Source: a bacterium (GTDB lineage: Bacteria > Patescibacteriota > WWE3 > UBA101185 > UBA10185). From it: a stretch of DNA of 59,688 nt. Made by a program: the position numbers and the translations under genes. The stretch is from the NCBI GenBank assembly GCA_035358315.1, contig DAOPPB010000001.1:1-59688 (forward strand). Reading direction: 5' to 3'. The notes below the pieces were generated by a model. The model did no database searches. It was given only the letters and a program-made list of their open reading frames with translations, and was not told where the DNA came from. Of this stretch, positions 1-9,933 are shown piece by piece (position 1 is the first letter of the stretch; every line of letters begins with the position of its first letter).

Positions 1-284
1 AGGGGGAAAACACGATATTTTTTAGCTATATCATTACCGATCTTATCAAACAATTCGGGGTTTATCTGACCGACACCTGGATTTGCAAACCCGATACCAT
101 AAACTTCCCCGAAAGCTTGGGCGTAATCCTCGCTTTTTACATAACCCCTATCTTTTATGATGGAATCTATACTTTTTCCGGTGTTTACACTTTCAAATTT
201 AATGGCAGCAAGCTGATCGGAACTGATTAGTTTTTTTTCATAAAGAACATCAGCTACAGTTTTTGTTTCATTTAATTTATCCAT
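1..284 (-). CDS. N-terminal fragment of a PilB/GspE-type (type II secretion / type IV pilus) assembly ATPase; gene runs off the window
   Basis: Reverse-strand ATG at 284-282. My translation is MDKLNETKTVADVLYEKKLISSDQLAAIKFESVNTGKSIDSIIKDRGYVKSEDYAQAFGEVYGIGFANPG..., which resembles the T2SSE N-terminal domain. Only about 94 aa are visible and the ATPase core is outside the window. Confidence 0.5.
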   Translation of the reverse strand, partial: MDKLNETKTVADVLYEKKLISSDQLAAIKFESVNTGKSIDSIIKDRGYVKSEDYAQAFGEVYGIGFANPGVGQINPELFDKIGNDIAKKYRVFP

Positions 285-403
285 AGGGCAGAATTACACT
301 TATATTATGTTAACAACTGCGAGGATCAAATTCAACAAACAAAGTATTTTTTATTTTTAGTTAATTTTAATTTAATCTTCTTTATTAAGGTATAATTCCA
401 ATT

Positions 404-1108
404 ATGAATGGGTCTGTTTTAATTTTCGGTGGAAACAAAGAGGATAGAGAGAAGAAAATAGTGGATATTGTAAACAAAGAGGAAGGAAAGAATTTTGAAG
501 AAATTCAGGAATTGGAGGATAAACCTGATATTTTTATAATCAACCGTGAAAAAGGAGAAAAATCAATCGGCATATCACAAACGAGGGAAGGAACAAATTT
601 CCTTCGGGAGAAACCATTTTCGTATAGAAAGAAATTTCTCATAATTTTTGATGCCGAAAAAATGACCGTTCAAGCTCAAAACTCTCTTTTAAAAACACTT
701 GAGGAACCACCATCTCAATCAGAGATAATTTTGTCCGCAAAAACATATAATTTTATTCTTAACACAATAGTTTCAAGATGCCGGTTGATAGACTTAAAGG
801 AAAGAAAAAGTGAAAATGAAAATTACCGCACAGAAAACACCGTTATGCCGTCTCTTGAAGAAATTATAAAAATGGAGCCGGGAAAAAGATTGGATATTTG
901 CCCTGAAATCTCCAAGGAAGAAAAAGAGGATGTTATAGAAATGCTGGAAAAATGGGTGGAAGAGAGTAGAGAAGCTATGCTCAGAAATCCCAAAAATACT
1001 TCCGCTCCAAAAAATATCTCAAAAATCATTGAGGTAAAAAACGATCTTGAAAACTCCAATGTAAATGTCAGATTATCTCTTGAATCCCTAGTTTTAAATC
1101 TCTCCTAA
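404..1108 (+). CDS. holB: DNA polymerase III delta-prime subunit (short form)
   Basis: Clamp-loader box FLIIFDAEKMTVQAQNSLLKTLEEPP followed by IVSRC. There is no Walker A motif, as expected for delta-prime. Confidence 0.8.
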   Translation: MNGSVLIFGGNKEDREKKIVDIVNKEEGKNFEEIQELEDKPDIFIINREKGEKSIGISQTREGTNFLREKPFSYRKKFLIIFDAEKMTVQAQNSLLKTLEEPPSQSEIILSAKTYNFILNTIVSRCRLIDLKERKSENENYRTENTVMPSLEEIIKMEPGKRLDICPEISKEEKEDVIEMLEKWVEESREAMLRNPKNTSAPKNISKIIEVKNDLENSNVNVRLSLESLVLNLS

Positions 1109-1206
1109 AATCCTTGTTAAACGCTTATTTAACAGGTAAAATATAAAAGCTATTGTAGTTTGCATTCTAAAAGTGATATCTTAAATCCTGCTCATTTTTT
1201 GAACTT

Positions 1207-3186
1207 ATGGAAAATAAAAATAAAAATTTAGACGAATACGGAGCCGACCAAATACAGGTTTTAGAGGGCTTGGAACCGGTAAGAAAAAGGCCGGGAATGT
1301 ATATAGGCTCAACAGGGGAAGAAGGTTTAAACCATCTTGTAACGGAAATAGTCAACAACTCCATGGACGAGGCAATAGCCGGATATGCTACGCACATTAA
1401 AGTTGAGTTTAACAACGATGGCTCCTGTACCGTATACGACAACGGAAGAGGAGTACCGACCGATATAAAACAAGGATACGGGGTTAGCGCGCTGGAACTT
1501 GCTTTCACAAAACTTCATGCCGGAGGAAAATTCGGAAGCGGTGGATACAAGGTATCCAGCGGATTGCACGGAGTAGGCTCTTCTGTGGTAAATGCACTTT
1601 CCGAATGGTTTAGAGTAATAACAAAGCGAAACGGAAAAACTTTCATACAGGAATATGAGAACGGGGGAAACAAAGTAAGGCCGGTGGAGGAAATAGACCC
1701 TAAAAAACCGACAAAACTGAAAAACGCCGAATGGAACATAGATCTAGATAGTTGGAATTACGAAACTATGACCATAGTTCAATTCAAACCCGACAAGAAG
1801 ATTTTTGAAACTACCGACTTTGACTTTAAATTTTTCGTAAACCAGATAAAAGAGTACGCTTATCTCACAGCTGGAATAAAATTTGAGGTATTGAGTCATA
1901 AAATTGATCAAAAGTATGTTTTTTACTTTGAGGGAGGGATAAAAGCATATTTGGATGCACTGAACAAAAACAAAGATGTGATAAATCGGAAGCCCTTCTA
2001 TGTTCAAAAACAATACGGAGATGTAAATGTAGAGGTAGCCATGCAGTATAACGACACTTTTAGGGAAAATGTCCTTTGTTTTGCAAATCATTTGAAAAAC
2101 ATAGAGGGGGGAACTCACTTGACAGGTTTCAGGATGGCGTTAACCAGATGTTTAAATGATTACGCCAGAAAAATAGGTGCTCTAAAAGATAAGGATGATA
2201 ATTTATCGGGGGATGATTTAAAAGAAGGGCTGACAGCAATAATTTCCGTTTCTCTTGACTCTTCAACTCTTCAATTCGAGGGACAAACCAAATCAAAGCT
2301 GGGAAACACATCAGCAAGAATAGCAGTAGAGGCTGTGGTAAGAGAAGCATTAGAACAGTATTTGGCCGAAAACCCCAAGGATGCAAACGCCATAATAAGC
2401 AAAAATGTTCTTTCATATAAAGCAAGAATGGCCGCGAAAGCCGCAAGAGATACGGTTATAAGAAAAACAGCTCTTGAAAGCGGGGGAGTATTGCCGGGAA
2501 AATTAGCAGATTGCTCGGAAAAAAATCCCGAACTAACAGAATTATTCCTGGTAGAAGGAGATTCCGCGGGAGGAACTGCTAAACAAGCCAGAAACAGGGA
2601 TACACAGGCAATCTTACCCATTTTCGGAAAAATACTAAACACCGAACGCGCAAGATTGGACAAAATAGTTGATTCTGAAAAGTTTAAGGACATTATAGTG
2701 GCAATCGGTTGCGGAATAGGGGACCAATTTGACTCTTCAAAGCTAAGGTACCACAAAATAATAATCATGGCTGATGCCGATACCGACGGAATGCACATAA
2801 ATTCTCTTTATTTAACATTTTTTTACAGACATATGCCGGATTTAATAAAGAACGGAAACATTTATGTGGCCTTCCCACCGCTTTACAAGGCAGTTTGGGG
2901 GAAGGAAAAAAGATATCTTTTTACCGATAAAGATCGGGAGGAGTTTCTAAAAACTGAGGAAGGGAAAAAAGCTATTGTTCAAAGATTTAAAGGCCTCGGA
3001 GAAATGAATGCTGAGGAACTTTGGGAAACAACCATGAATCCGCAGACAAGAAGACTTAAAAAAATAACTGTGGAAGATGCCGAGCATGCCGATGAAGTTT
3101 TCACAACCCTTATGGGAGAAGAGGTGGCACCGAGAAAAAGATTTATCACCACCCACGCTCATGAAGCAAATATTGATATTACTTAG
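1207..3186 (+). CDS. gyrB: DNA gyrase subunit B
   Basis: Motifs GLEPVRKRPGMYIGST, GLNHLVTEIVNNSMDEA, LVEGDSAGGTAKQARNR, PIFGKILNTE and IMADADTDGMHI. Length is 659 aa. Confidence 0.97.
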   Translation: MENKNKNLDEYGADQIQVLEGLEPVRKRPGMYIGSTGEEGLNHLVTEIVNNSMDEAIAGYATHIKVEFNNDGSCTVYDNGRGVPTDIKQGYGVSALELAFTKLHAGGKFGSGGYKVSSGLHGVGSSVVNALSEWFRVITKRNGKTFIQEYENGGNKVRPVEEIDPKKPTKLKNAEWNIDLDSWNYETMTIVQFKPDKKIFETTDFDFKFFVNQIKEYAYLTAGIKFEVLSHKIDQKYVFYFEGGIKAYLDALNKNKDVINRKPFYVQKQYGDVNVEVAMQYNDTFRENVLCFANHLKNIEGGTHLTGFRMALTRCLNDYARKIGALKDKDDNLSGDDLKEGLTAIISVSLDSSTLQFEGQTKSKLGNTSARIAVEAVVREALEQYLAENPKDANAIISKNVLSYKARMAAKAARDTVIRKTALESGGVLPGKLADCSEKNPELTELFLVEGDSAGGTAKQARNRDTQAILPIFGKILNTERARLDKIVDSEKFKDIIVAIGCGIGDQFDSSKLRYHKIIIMADADTDGMHINSLYLTFFYRHMPDLIKNGNIYVAFPPLYKAVWGKEKRYLFTDKDREEFLKTEEGKKAIVQRFKGLGEMNAEELWETTMNPQTRRLKKITVEDAEHADEVFTTLMGEEVAPRKRFITTHAHEANIDIT

Positions 3187-3236
3187 CAATTTTCTTTCAT
3201 AGTAAGAAATAGTAAGAATAAGAATAAGAAGAAAAA

Positions 3237-4166
3237 ATGGAAAAAATAGGAGTAACACAAGCACTATATACATCAGACATGGATTCCCTTGCCTGTTCCA
3301 ACACCTACGCGGAACTTTTAAATCTAGAAGGAAAATACGCAGTGGCGTATGTACCGAAAGAGCCGACAAACAGCGTTACGGCGGAAATAAAATCCTGGGA
3401 CCTTAAATATGAAAAGGAGCCAAAAACCGAAGAATTAGAAGAATTAAAGTTTGTTATGGTTGACACAACGGATCCTCATACATTTCCCAAATTCGTTAGG
3501 GAAGAAAAAATAATAGAAATATATGACCATCACGTGGGATATGAAGAATATTGGAGGCAGAAATTAGGAGAAAAGGCAAAAATCGAAAACATCGGAGCGT
3601 GTGCGACATTAATATGGGAAGAATACAAGAAAAGAGGATTTTCGGATAAAATATCTCAGACAAGCGCGAAACTACTTTACGCCGCAATAGTTTCAAACAC
3701 CTTAAATTTTAAAACTTCATTGACATCACCTAGAGACGCGCAAGCTTTTGAAGATCTTATACCAAAAGCCGATATGCCCAAAAATTGGATTGAAAAATAT
3801 TTCATAGATCAGGAGGAATATGTTTATAAAAATCCGAGGCAAGCCATTATTGATGACGTAAAGATAATAGAATTCCCCAATTTGGGTACAAAATTTACAA
3901 TAGGGCAAATAGAACTATGGGAGAGCAAAAAATTTGTTGTTGACTACAGTCCTCTCATAAAAGAAGTATTAAACAATTTTGACCACCAAAGATGGTTTTT
4001 TAATGCTCCGTGCATTTCCATGGGAAAAACCTATATTTTAACGGAAAACGAAGACATACGCGAAATACTGGAACAGAAGTTCGGATTTAATTTTTCAGGC
4101 GACATCGGAACAGCCGATAAACTGATAGAAAGAAAAGAATTCGTAAAAGGCATTATGAGCCTTTAA
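3237..4166 (+). CDS. DHH-family phosphoesterase (family II pyrophosphatase-like architecture)
   Basis: 309 aa with [10 protein letters not shown] (DHH motif), an N-terminal acidic motif ([11 protein letters not shown]) and a central GACATLI segment, arranged as in PpaC-like proteins. The substrate cannot be inferred. Confidence 0.55.
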   Translation: MEKIGVTQALYTSDMDSLACSNTYAELLNLEGKYAVAYVPKEPTNSVTAEIKSWDLKYEKEPKTEELEELKFVMVDTTDPHTFPKFVREEKIIEIYDHHVGYEEYWRQKLGEKAKIENIGACATLIWEEYKKRGFSDKISQTSAKLLYAAIVSNTLNFKTSLTSPRDAQAFEDLIPKADMPKNWIEKYFIDQEEYVYKNPRQAIIDDVKIIEFPNLGTKFTIGQIELWESKKFVVDYSPLIKEVLNNFDHQRWFFNAPCISMGKTYILTENEDIREILEQKFGFNFSGDIGTADKLIERKEFVKGIMSL

Positions 4167-4210
4167 TAACGCTTCAATTTTCCCTTAAATTTGCTAAAAT
4201 TATTAGGTTT

Positions 4211-6781
4211 ATGAACGAAAAAGACAAAAAGACTGAAAATACGGAAATTACAGAAAATCCGAACATACTAAATACCGAAATAACGTCGGAGATGGAAAGT
4301 TCCTACCTTGATTACGCAATGAGCGTAATTGTTTCCAGGGCTCTTCCCGATGTAAGAGACGGCCTAAAACCCGTGCAGAGAAGAATAATATACGCTATGC
4401 AGGAGTCGGGAATGACTTTTTCGGGAAAATTTCACAAATGCGCTAGTGTGGTAGGGGGAGTTTTGGCAAAATATCACCCACACGGAGATATTTCCGTTTA
4501 CGACGCCTTAGTAAGGATGGGACAAGACTTCAGCATGAGATACCCGTTGATAAAACCGCAGGGAAATTTTGGAAGTATTGATGGGGATCCTCCGGCAGCC
4601 ATGAGATACACTGAATGCAAATTGGAGAAAATAGCGGAAGAGCTTTATGCTGATATAGACAAAGAAACCGTAGATTTCGAAGTGAACGATTTGCAAAACG
4701 AGGAACCCGTATATCTGCCTTCAAATATACCGAACTTGCTTTTAAACGGAGCGACGGGAATAGCTGTTGGTATGGCAACAAATATACCACCTCATAATCT
4801 CGGGGAAATAGTGGACGGCATAAATGTTTTGATAGACAAAGCGGAAGATATCGGAGAGGCGCCAAAAAAAGACGACCCAAAACAGGTAGCAACTCTAAAT
4901 TTCTCATCCGACGCCAATGTAGAGGATTTAACAAAAGTAATTCTTGGCCCGGATTTTCCGACCGGAGGAATAATTTACGACCAAAAAGAACTGGTGCAAA
5001 TGTACGCAACCGGCAGGGGAAAGGTGGTTACGAGAGCAAAAGTTGATGTAGAGGAAACCAAAAACGGAAAAACTAAATTGGTAGTAACGGAGATTCCGTA
5101 TATGGTGAATAAAGCCACTCTCATAGCAAAAATAGCCGATTTGGTAAAGGAAAAAAGAGTAATAGGAATTTCCGATATCAGGGACGAATCAAACAAAGAC
5201 GGCATAAGAATAGTAGTAGAGCTAAAAAAGGAGGCGGTTGTAAACAAGATAAAAAATCAACTTTTTAAATATACTCAGCTTCAAAACACCTTCAATTCAA
5301 ATTTTGTAGCTCTTTTAAACAACGAGCCTAAATTGATGCCTTTGAAAAACATCTTAGAAGAATTTGTAAAGCACCGACAACAAATAGTAGTAAGACGAAC
5401 AATTTTTTTACTCAAAAAAGCGGAGGAAAGAGCTCATATATTAAGAGGTTTGAAAATAGCCTTAGATAATCTCGATGAAGTCATAAAACTTATCAAATCA
5501 AGTAAGGATGCCGAAACCGCCAAGGAAGGGTTGATAACAAGATTTAAATTGTCAGAAATTCAAGCTCAGGCAATATTGGACATGCAACTTAGAAGATTGG
5601 CCGCATTGGAAAGGAAAAAAATAGAGGACGAACTAAAACAAATACTGGAGACAATTGCCGACTACGAAGACCTGCTTAAATCCCCGAAAAGAATAATTAA
5701 CACCATAAAAAGTGAGCTAAACGAATTAAAAAACAAATATGCCGATCCCAGAAAAACTAAGGTTATTAAGGGGAAAATAGGGGAGCTTAGCGATGAGGAT
5801 CTGATTGTAAATGAAAAATGTATCGTCACTATTTCTGAAGGAGGATACATAAAAAGATTAAAAGAGACAACGTACAAGAAACAGGGCAGGGGAGGAAAGG
5901 GAGTAAAGGGCCAGGAATTGAAAGAGGAAGACGCTGTTGAAACTATCAAGATATGCAATACTCATGACTGGGCGTTTTTCTTCACAAATACAGGAAAAGT
6001 CTACAAATTAAGAATATGGGAAATACCGGAATCCTCAAGAAACGCAAAAGGAACTCCCTTGATAAACTTCCTTAGTATGAAACAGGACGAGAGGGTAGAG
6101 GCCTTTTTAACCAAAACTAGTGAAGAGCTTGAGAGCAAAAACGGCTTTATTTTCTTCACCACATCCAGAGGAGTAGTCAAAAAAACTCCTATGGAAGATT
6201 TTGCAAATATCAGAACCGCGGGAATAATAGCCATAACACTGGACAAAGGAGACAACTTAACTTTTGTTGACACAACTTCGGGCGAGGATGATGTGTTATT
6301 AACTACCGAAATGGGTCAGTCTATAAGATTCAGCGAAAAAGATGTTAGACCTATGGGAAGATCAGCAAAAGGAGTAGGAGGAATAAAATTGTCGCGGGAA
6401 AAAGATAGCGTTGTGGGAACAGTCATAATACCTAAAAAGAGTAAAAATATTGAACTTTTAGTCCTTTCAGAGCTTGGTTACGGCAAAAAAACGGCAACAG
6501 AGGAATATAAAGTGCAAAAAAGAGCCGGTTCCGGAATCTTAACATACAAGGTAAAAGACAAAACAGGGCGTTTAGTCACCGCAAGGGCCATTGAGAGAGA
6601 TAAAAACCTTGATGTACTTATTGCTACAACATCGGGAAAAATCATAAGATTGTCGGCAAAACAAATTCCTACTTTAGGAAGAGCCACACAAGGGGTAAGA
6701 TTGATAAAACTGAACGAAAGAGATAAGGTAGCCTCAGTAGCAGTGATAGGTGAGGAAGAACAGGAAATATCCACTGAATAA
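4211..6781 (+). CDS. gyrA: DNA gyrase subunit A
   Basis: Motifs [22 protein letters not shown] and [10 protein letters not shown] (catalytic Tyr region), plus a C-terminal beta-pinwheel repeat region. Length is 856 aa. Confidence 0.97.
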   Translation: MNEKDKKTENTEITENPNILNTEITSEMESSYLDYAMSVIVSRALPDVRDGLKPVQRRIIYAMQESGMTFSGKFHKCASVVGGVLAKYHPHGDISVYDALVRMGQDFSMRYPLIKPQGNFGSIDGDPPAAMRYTECKLEKIAEELYADIDKETVDFEVNDLQNEEPVYLPSNIPNLLLNGATGIAVGMATNIPPHNLGEIVDGINVLIDKAEDIGEAPKKDDPKQVATLNFSSDANVEDLTKVILGPDFPTGGIIYDQKELVQMYATGRGKVVTRAKVDVEETKNGKTKLVVTEIPYMVNKATLIAKIADLVKEKRVIGISDIRDESNKDGIRIVVELKKEAVVNKIKNQLFKYTQLQNTFNSNFVALLNNEPKLMPLKNILEEFVKHRQQIVVRRTIFLLKKAEERAHILRGLKIALDNLDEVIKLIKSSKDAETAKEGLITRFKLSEIQAQAILDMQLRRLAALERKKIEDELKQILETIADYEDLLKSPKRIINTIKSELNELKNKYADPRKTKVIKGKIGELSDEDLIVNEKCIVTISEGGYIKRLKETTYKKQGRGGKGVKGQELKEEDAVETIKICNTHDWAFFFTNTGKVYKLRIWEIPESSRNAKGTPLINFLSMKQDERVEAFLTKTSEELESKNGFIFFTTSRGVVKKTPMEDFANIRTAGIIAITLDKGDNLTFVDTTSGEDDVLLTTEMGQSIRFSEKDVRPMGRSAKGVGGIKLSREKDSVVGTVIIPKKSKNIELLVLSELGYGKKTATEEYKVQKRAGSGILTYKVKDKTGRLVTARAIERDKNLDVLIATTSGKIIRLSAKQIPTLGRATQGVRLIKLNERDKVASVAVIGEEEQEISTE

Positions 6782-6782
6782 A

Positions 6783-7655
6783 ATGAATTTCCGTGAAATT
6801 ACTCAATATGAAAGAAAACTTTATAACAACGGCATAAGATATGTAGCCGGAGTAGACGAGGTGGGTAGGGGACCGTTAGCCGGTCCATTTGTGGCAGTAG
6901 CGGTAATTCTGGACTTGGAAAAAATCTTCAGCAAAGATTTGGAAGATAGGTGGCCGAAAATGAATTCAAATATGGAAGTTACTGGGCGAGAAAATGTCGC
7001 AAGTAAGAGGAATAATGAAGAAATGAGTAAATTATTAGGTAATACTAAGACCGGAGATAAAAATAATGAAGAGAATGAAAGCAGAAAATATATAAATAAC
7101 GACGTCGAATATGCGAAAAACCGAAAATACAACCAACAAAAGAACGGAAGGGTAAGAAGAAACGAGGAAGGGACGGAATTTTATAGGAAAATAGACGATT
7201 CTAAAAAATTATCAGCTGGAAAAAGAGAAATTTTATCCGAATTCATAAGAAACGAGGCAATAAGTTACTCAATAGAGACCTTTGAAGCGGAAGAAGTGGA
7301 CAGAGTAGGATTATCAGAATTGACGCAAAGAGCTTTTCTTCAATCGATACGTGATTTGAAAATCAGACCGCAATTTGTACTCACCGACATGTTTAGAATT
7401 GACACAATAAGAAAAAAATACCAGAAAAATATTGTAAATGGGGACAGTAAAAGCATATCTATTGCCTCCGCCAGCATAGTGGCAAAAGTTTACAGGGATG
7501 AAATAATGATAAAAATGCATGAAAAATACCCGGTATATGGTTTTGATAGGCACAAGGGATATGGCACCGGATACCACATAGATGCCTTAAAAAAATATGG
7601 GCCGTGCGACATCCACAGGAAAAGCTTCAAGCCGGTTAAAGAATTGCTGGTTTAA
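6783..7655 (+). CDS. rnhB: Ribonuclease HII with a large internal low-complexity insertion
   Basis: Motifs VAGVDEVGRGPLAGPFVAVAVIL, DDSKKLS and DSKSISIASASIVAKV. I start it at the ATG at 6783, 2 nt after the gyrA stop, rather than the 6750 start that overlaps gyrA. Confidence 0.85.
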   Translation: MNFREITQYERKLYNNGIRYVAGVDEVGRGPLAGPFVAVAVILDLEKIFSKDLEDRWPKMNSNMEVTGRENVASKRNNEEMSKLLGNTKTGDKNNEENESRKYINNDVEYAKNRKYNQQKNGRVRRNEEGTEFYRKIDDSKKLSAGKREILSEFIRNEAISYSIETFEAEEVDRVGLSELTQRAFLQSIRDLKIRPQFVLTDMFRIDTIRKKYQKNIVNGDSKSISIASASIVAKVYRDEIMIKMHEKYPVYGFDRHKGYGTGYHIDALKKYGPCDIHRKSFKPVKELLV

Positions 7656-7668
7656 TTTCAGAATCTAG

Positions 7669-8694
7669 TCAATTAAGAGAAGAAACCCTATCCAAATTGT
7701 CCGAATTTTTGCCGGAATCATTATCTTCCGCAAAAATATCCTTATGGTACTTTTTATGAATATCTCTAAGCTGTTTATTGGTAACATGGGTGTAAATCTG
7801 AGTAGTTGAAACATTGGAATGCCCAAGAAGCTCCTGGACTTCACGAAGATCGGCCCCCTCTGACAAAAGACCGGTGGCATAGGTATGTCTTAGGGTATGA
7901 GGAGTAGCATCAACAGATATTCCGGCTCTTTTCACGTACTTTTTGATAAGTCTTTGAACACTTCTGGGGCTTATTCTTAAAGATTCCCCGTCGAAATCGT
8001 TTTCCTGCATTTTTTTACCTGAATATCTTATAAACAACGGGACAAAAGGATCCGCTCTGGCAGACAAATATCTTCTAAGCCACTTAATGGCTTCCGGAGA
8101 GAGATATACTGTACGAGCTTTTCTTCCTTTACCTACAACAGTAAACTCACCGGTATCCAGATTTATTTCATCACGATTTAACGCAACGAGCTCTGATACC
8201 CGCAAACCCGTACTGTATAATGTTTCAATAATAGCCTTATCCCTGATACCGGACTTTTTATCCAGATTTTGAACTTCAAACAATTTCCTCATTTGTTGAG
8301 AATTCAAAACTTTTGGAACTCTATCTTCAGACTTGCCTAAAATCACTTTTTCCGGGGGGATTATTTCCAAACCTTTTTCCACAACCAAATATTTCAAAAA
8401 TGCCCTCAGAGCGACAAGAAAAGTCTTTTGAGTTGACCTTTTAAACTCCGTATTAGATTTTGAGCTTATTCTTTTATTCAAATTGATACGATATTCCCTG
8501 ACAATGTCATCATTTATGTCTCCGATAGCAAAAACATCTTTTTTCAGGAAATTCCTAGACCATTGACCAAAGTCGGTCAGATAAAAGTGATACATTTTTA
8601 TAGTGTTTTGGGAAAGGTTTTTCTCAATTTCGCAGAATTCAAGATAATCTAAAACGACATCATCAAAATTTGAAGACAAATCTATTTTGGACAT
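7669..8694 (-). CDS. Tyrosine site-specific recombinase, XerC/XerD-like
   Basis: N-terminal SAM-like domain, catalytic region GLRVSELVAL, and HTLRHTYATGLLSEGADLREVQELLGHSNVSTTQIYTHV (R..HxxR..Y signature). Confidence 0.85.
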   Translation of the reverse strand: MSKIDLSSNFDDVVLDYLEFCEIEKNLSQNTIKMYHFYLTDFGQWSRNFLKKDVFAIGDINDDIVREYRINLNKRISSKSNTEFKRSTQKTFLVALRAFLKYLVVEKGLEIIPPEKVILGKSEDRVPKVLNSQQMRKLFEVQNLDKKSGIRDKAIIETLYSTGLRVSELVALNRDEINLDTGEFTVVGKGRKARTVYLSPEAIKWLRRYLSARADPFVPLFIRYSGKKMQENDFDGESLRISPRSVQRLIKKYVKRAGISVDATPHTLRHTYATGLLSEGADLREVQELLGHSNVSTTQIYTHVTNKQLRDIHKKYHKDIFAEDNDSGKNSDNLDRVSSLN

Positions 8695-8990
8695 ATGTTA
8701 TGATTATACGACATATTCCACATTTTCTACATTTGCTTAATTCGCGTAATTTTCTCAGATCTTTCAGACACCGATGCTCGCCCGCTGTCTGATCCAAACT
8801 TTATTTGAATACGATAAAAACATGCAGACGTAAGTGGCGTCAAAATGTGCGGAACCTTGGGAACACTCTCCAAACGATTCTGGAATGGTTTTGTTTTTAA
8901 AAATGCCTTAAAATCGATTCTGGAGCGTCGGTATTATTTTTTGTTGTCACTAAAACAAAAAACAGCATTATACCTGTATGTAAAAGGTGT

Positions 8991-9025
8991 GAAAATAGGA
9001 AAATAGGGGGAAATAGGGGATAGTG
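8991..9025. repeat. Left arm of an imperfect inverted repeat built from AAATAGG(G) modules ending in GGGATAGTG
   Basis: Sequence gaaaatagga aaataggggg aaatagggga tagtg. It mirrors 9790-9820 (cactatccc ta cccta ... cccta). The 9-mer GGGATAGTG is exact in inverted orientation. Confidence 0.5.
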
Positions 9026-9511
9026 TAACAACCGAACGTGAATTGTGATGAATATATACCGCAAAAGGAGGGAAGTAAAAGCGGGAAAAATAGGAAAGCA
9101 AAAGGAGTACAGAAATCCGGAGAGTAGGTGTAAAAATAGATCAATTAATCTTCATTTAATTCAAATCAAATTTAAATAAAAATTATTTTCCTGTAATTGT
9201 TTTCTTATAATTATTGATGGAAATTTAAGAGGATACTTGAGCGGGAAGCGGCTTTAGTCTACAGGGGCAACGTCGTATAATGTATGTTTAACGACGTTAA
9301 GACAGAGGTAAAACCTTATTACAATAGATAAATAAAAAACCCGCCTAAGAAGAGGCGCAAGAAGAGAAGTGAAATATAAACGCGCGTTAATTTATTAATT
9401 CATATTAGGATAATTAAATGAATTAAAATAAACTAATTTCCTAAATTAAGATTTCAGAATTTACGCGCAACCTGATTTTTCTATTTATCTTTTCTTTCCC
9501 CGCAGATAAAG

Positions 9512-9520
9512 TTATCCACA
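9512..9520 (+). promoter_or_regulatory. Perfect DnaA-box consensus TTATCCACA (single copy)
   Basis: Exact 9-mer seen in gttatccaca. I found no second perfect box nearby, so function is uncertain. Confidence 0.3.
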
Positions 9521-9541
9521 TTCCCTACTCCTCCGGAAAAG

Positions 9542-9730
9542 TATGACAATCCTACATTAAAATACTATGACAATATTACAGGAAGAAACCATGACAATCT
9601 TACATTAAATTATCGGTAACAGAACCCAAACATTAAATTCCCCTAAAATACTATGGGACTAAAAAATCGGGGTAAAATAAATAAGCACTCAAACCTATAG
9701 TATGACAAACGTAACTATGACAATCTTACA
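9542..9730 (+). repeat. Iteron-like direct repeats (T/C)ATGACAAT-N2-TACA, 5 copies plus 1 degenerate
   Basis: Copies start at 9542, 9566 and 9590 (exact 24-bp phasing) and at 9701 and 9716. A degenerate copy at 9652 (aaaatactatgggact) shares its left flank with the 9566 copy. ACATTAAA recurs five times across 9554-9840. Confidence 0.65.
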
Positions 9731-9789
9731 TCCAATGTGCCTTTAACATTAAAAATTAAGCTAAGAAATTAAATATATAATGAAAATTG

Positions 9790-9820
9790 CACTATCCCTA
9801 CCCTACTTTTCCCTAATATA
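9790..9820. repeat. Right arm of the imperfect inverted repeat (CACTATCCC + CCCTA modules)
   Basis: See 8991-9025. The arms are about 765 bp apart and enclose the iterons and the DnaA box. Confidence 0.5.
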
Positions 9821-9933
9821 TCAACTTATTTACATTAAATAAAGATTAAAATTTCCAAAAAGAAATGAATTAAAAATAAAACAAGAACCAAAATAAAATT
9901 GTATGTATGCTACCGATGTACATATACGAAAAA

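Noticed and set aside
1167-6774. Many 60-175-aa ORFs antisense to or out of frame within gyrB and gyrA (e.g. 2271-2798, 4530-5009), and similar ones inside other long genes
   Set aside because: They lie entirely within strongly supported conserved genes, have low-complexity or hydrophobic shadow-like translations and lack SD signals. I treated them as ORF shadows.
6750-6782. Upstream start of rnhB overlapping the gyrA 3' end by 32 nt
   Set aside because: The 11 extra residues ([11 protein letters not shown]) are not part of the RNase HII fold, and an ATG sits 2 nt after the gyrA stop, so I chose 6783.
9523-9540. Shared motif CCCTACTCC…TCCGGAA(A)GT between the recombinase-proximal gene desert (9523-9541) and the islet edge (40897-40923), as a possible common att core
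   Set aside because: A shared 9-mer between a 1.2-kb and a 0.3-kb AT-rich region is expected by chance. The second block needs a 9-nt gap, and the match was found post hoc, so it is too weak to report as a recombination site.
8695-9933. Calling this region the chromosomal replication origin (oriC)
   Set aside because: There is only one perfect DnaA box; other candidates have 2-3 mismatches. dnaA and dnaN are not in the window, and gene orientation around the region is convergent-like rather than divergent. I kept it as a question under the findings, not as a feature call.
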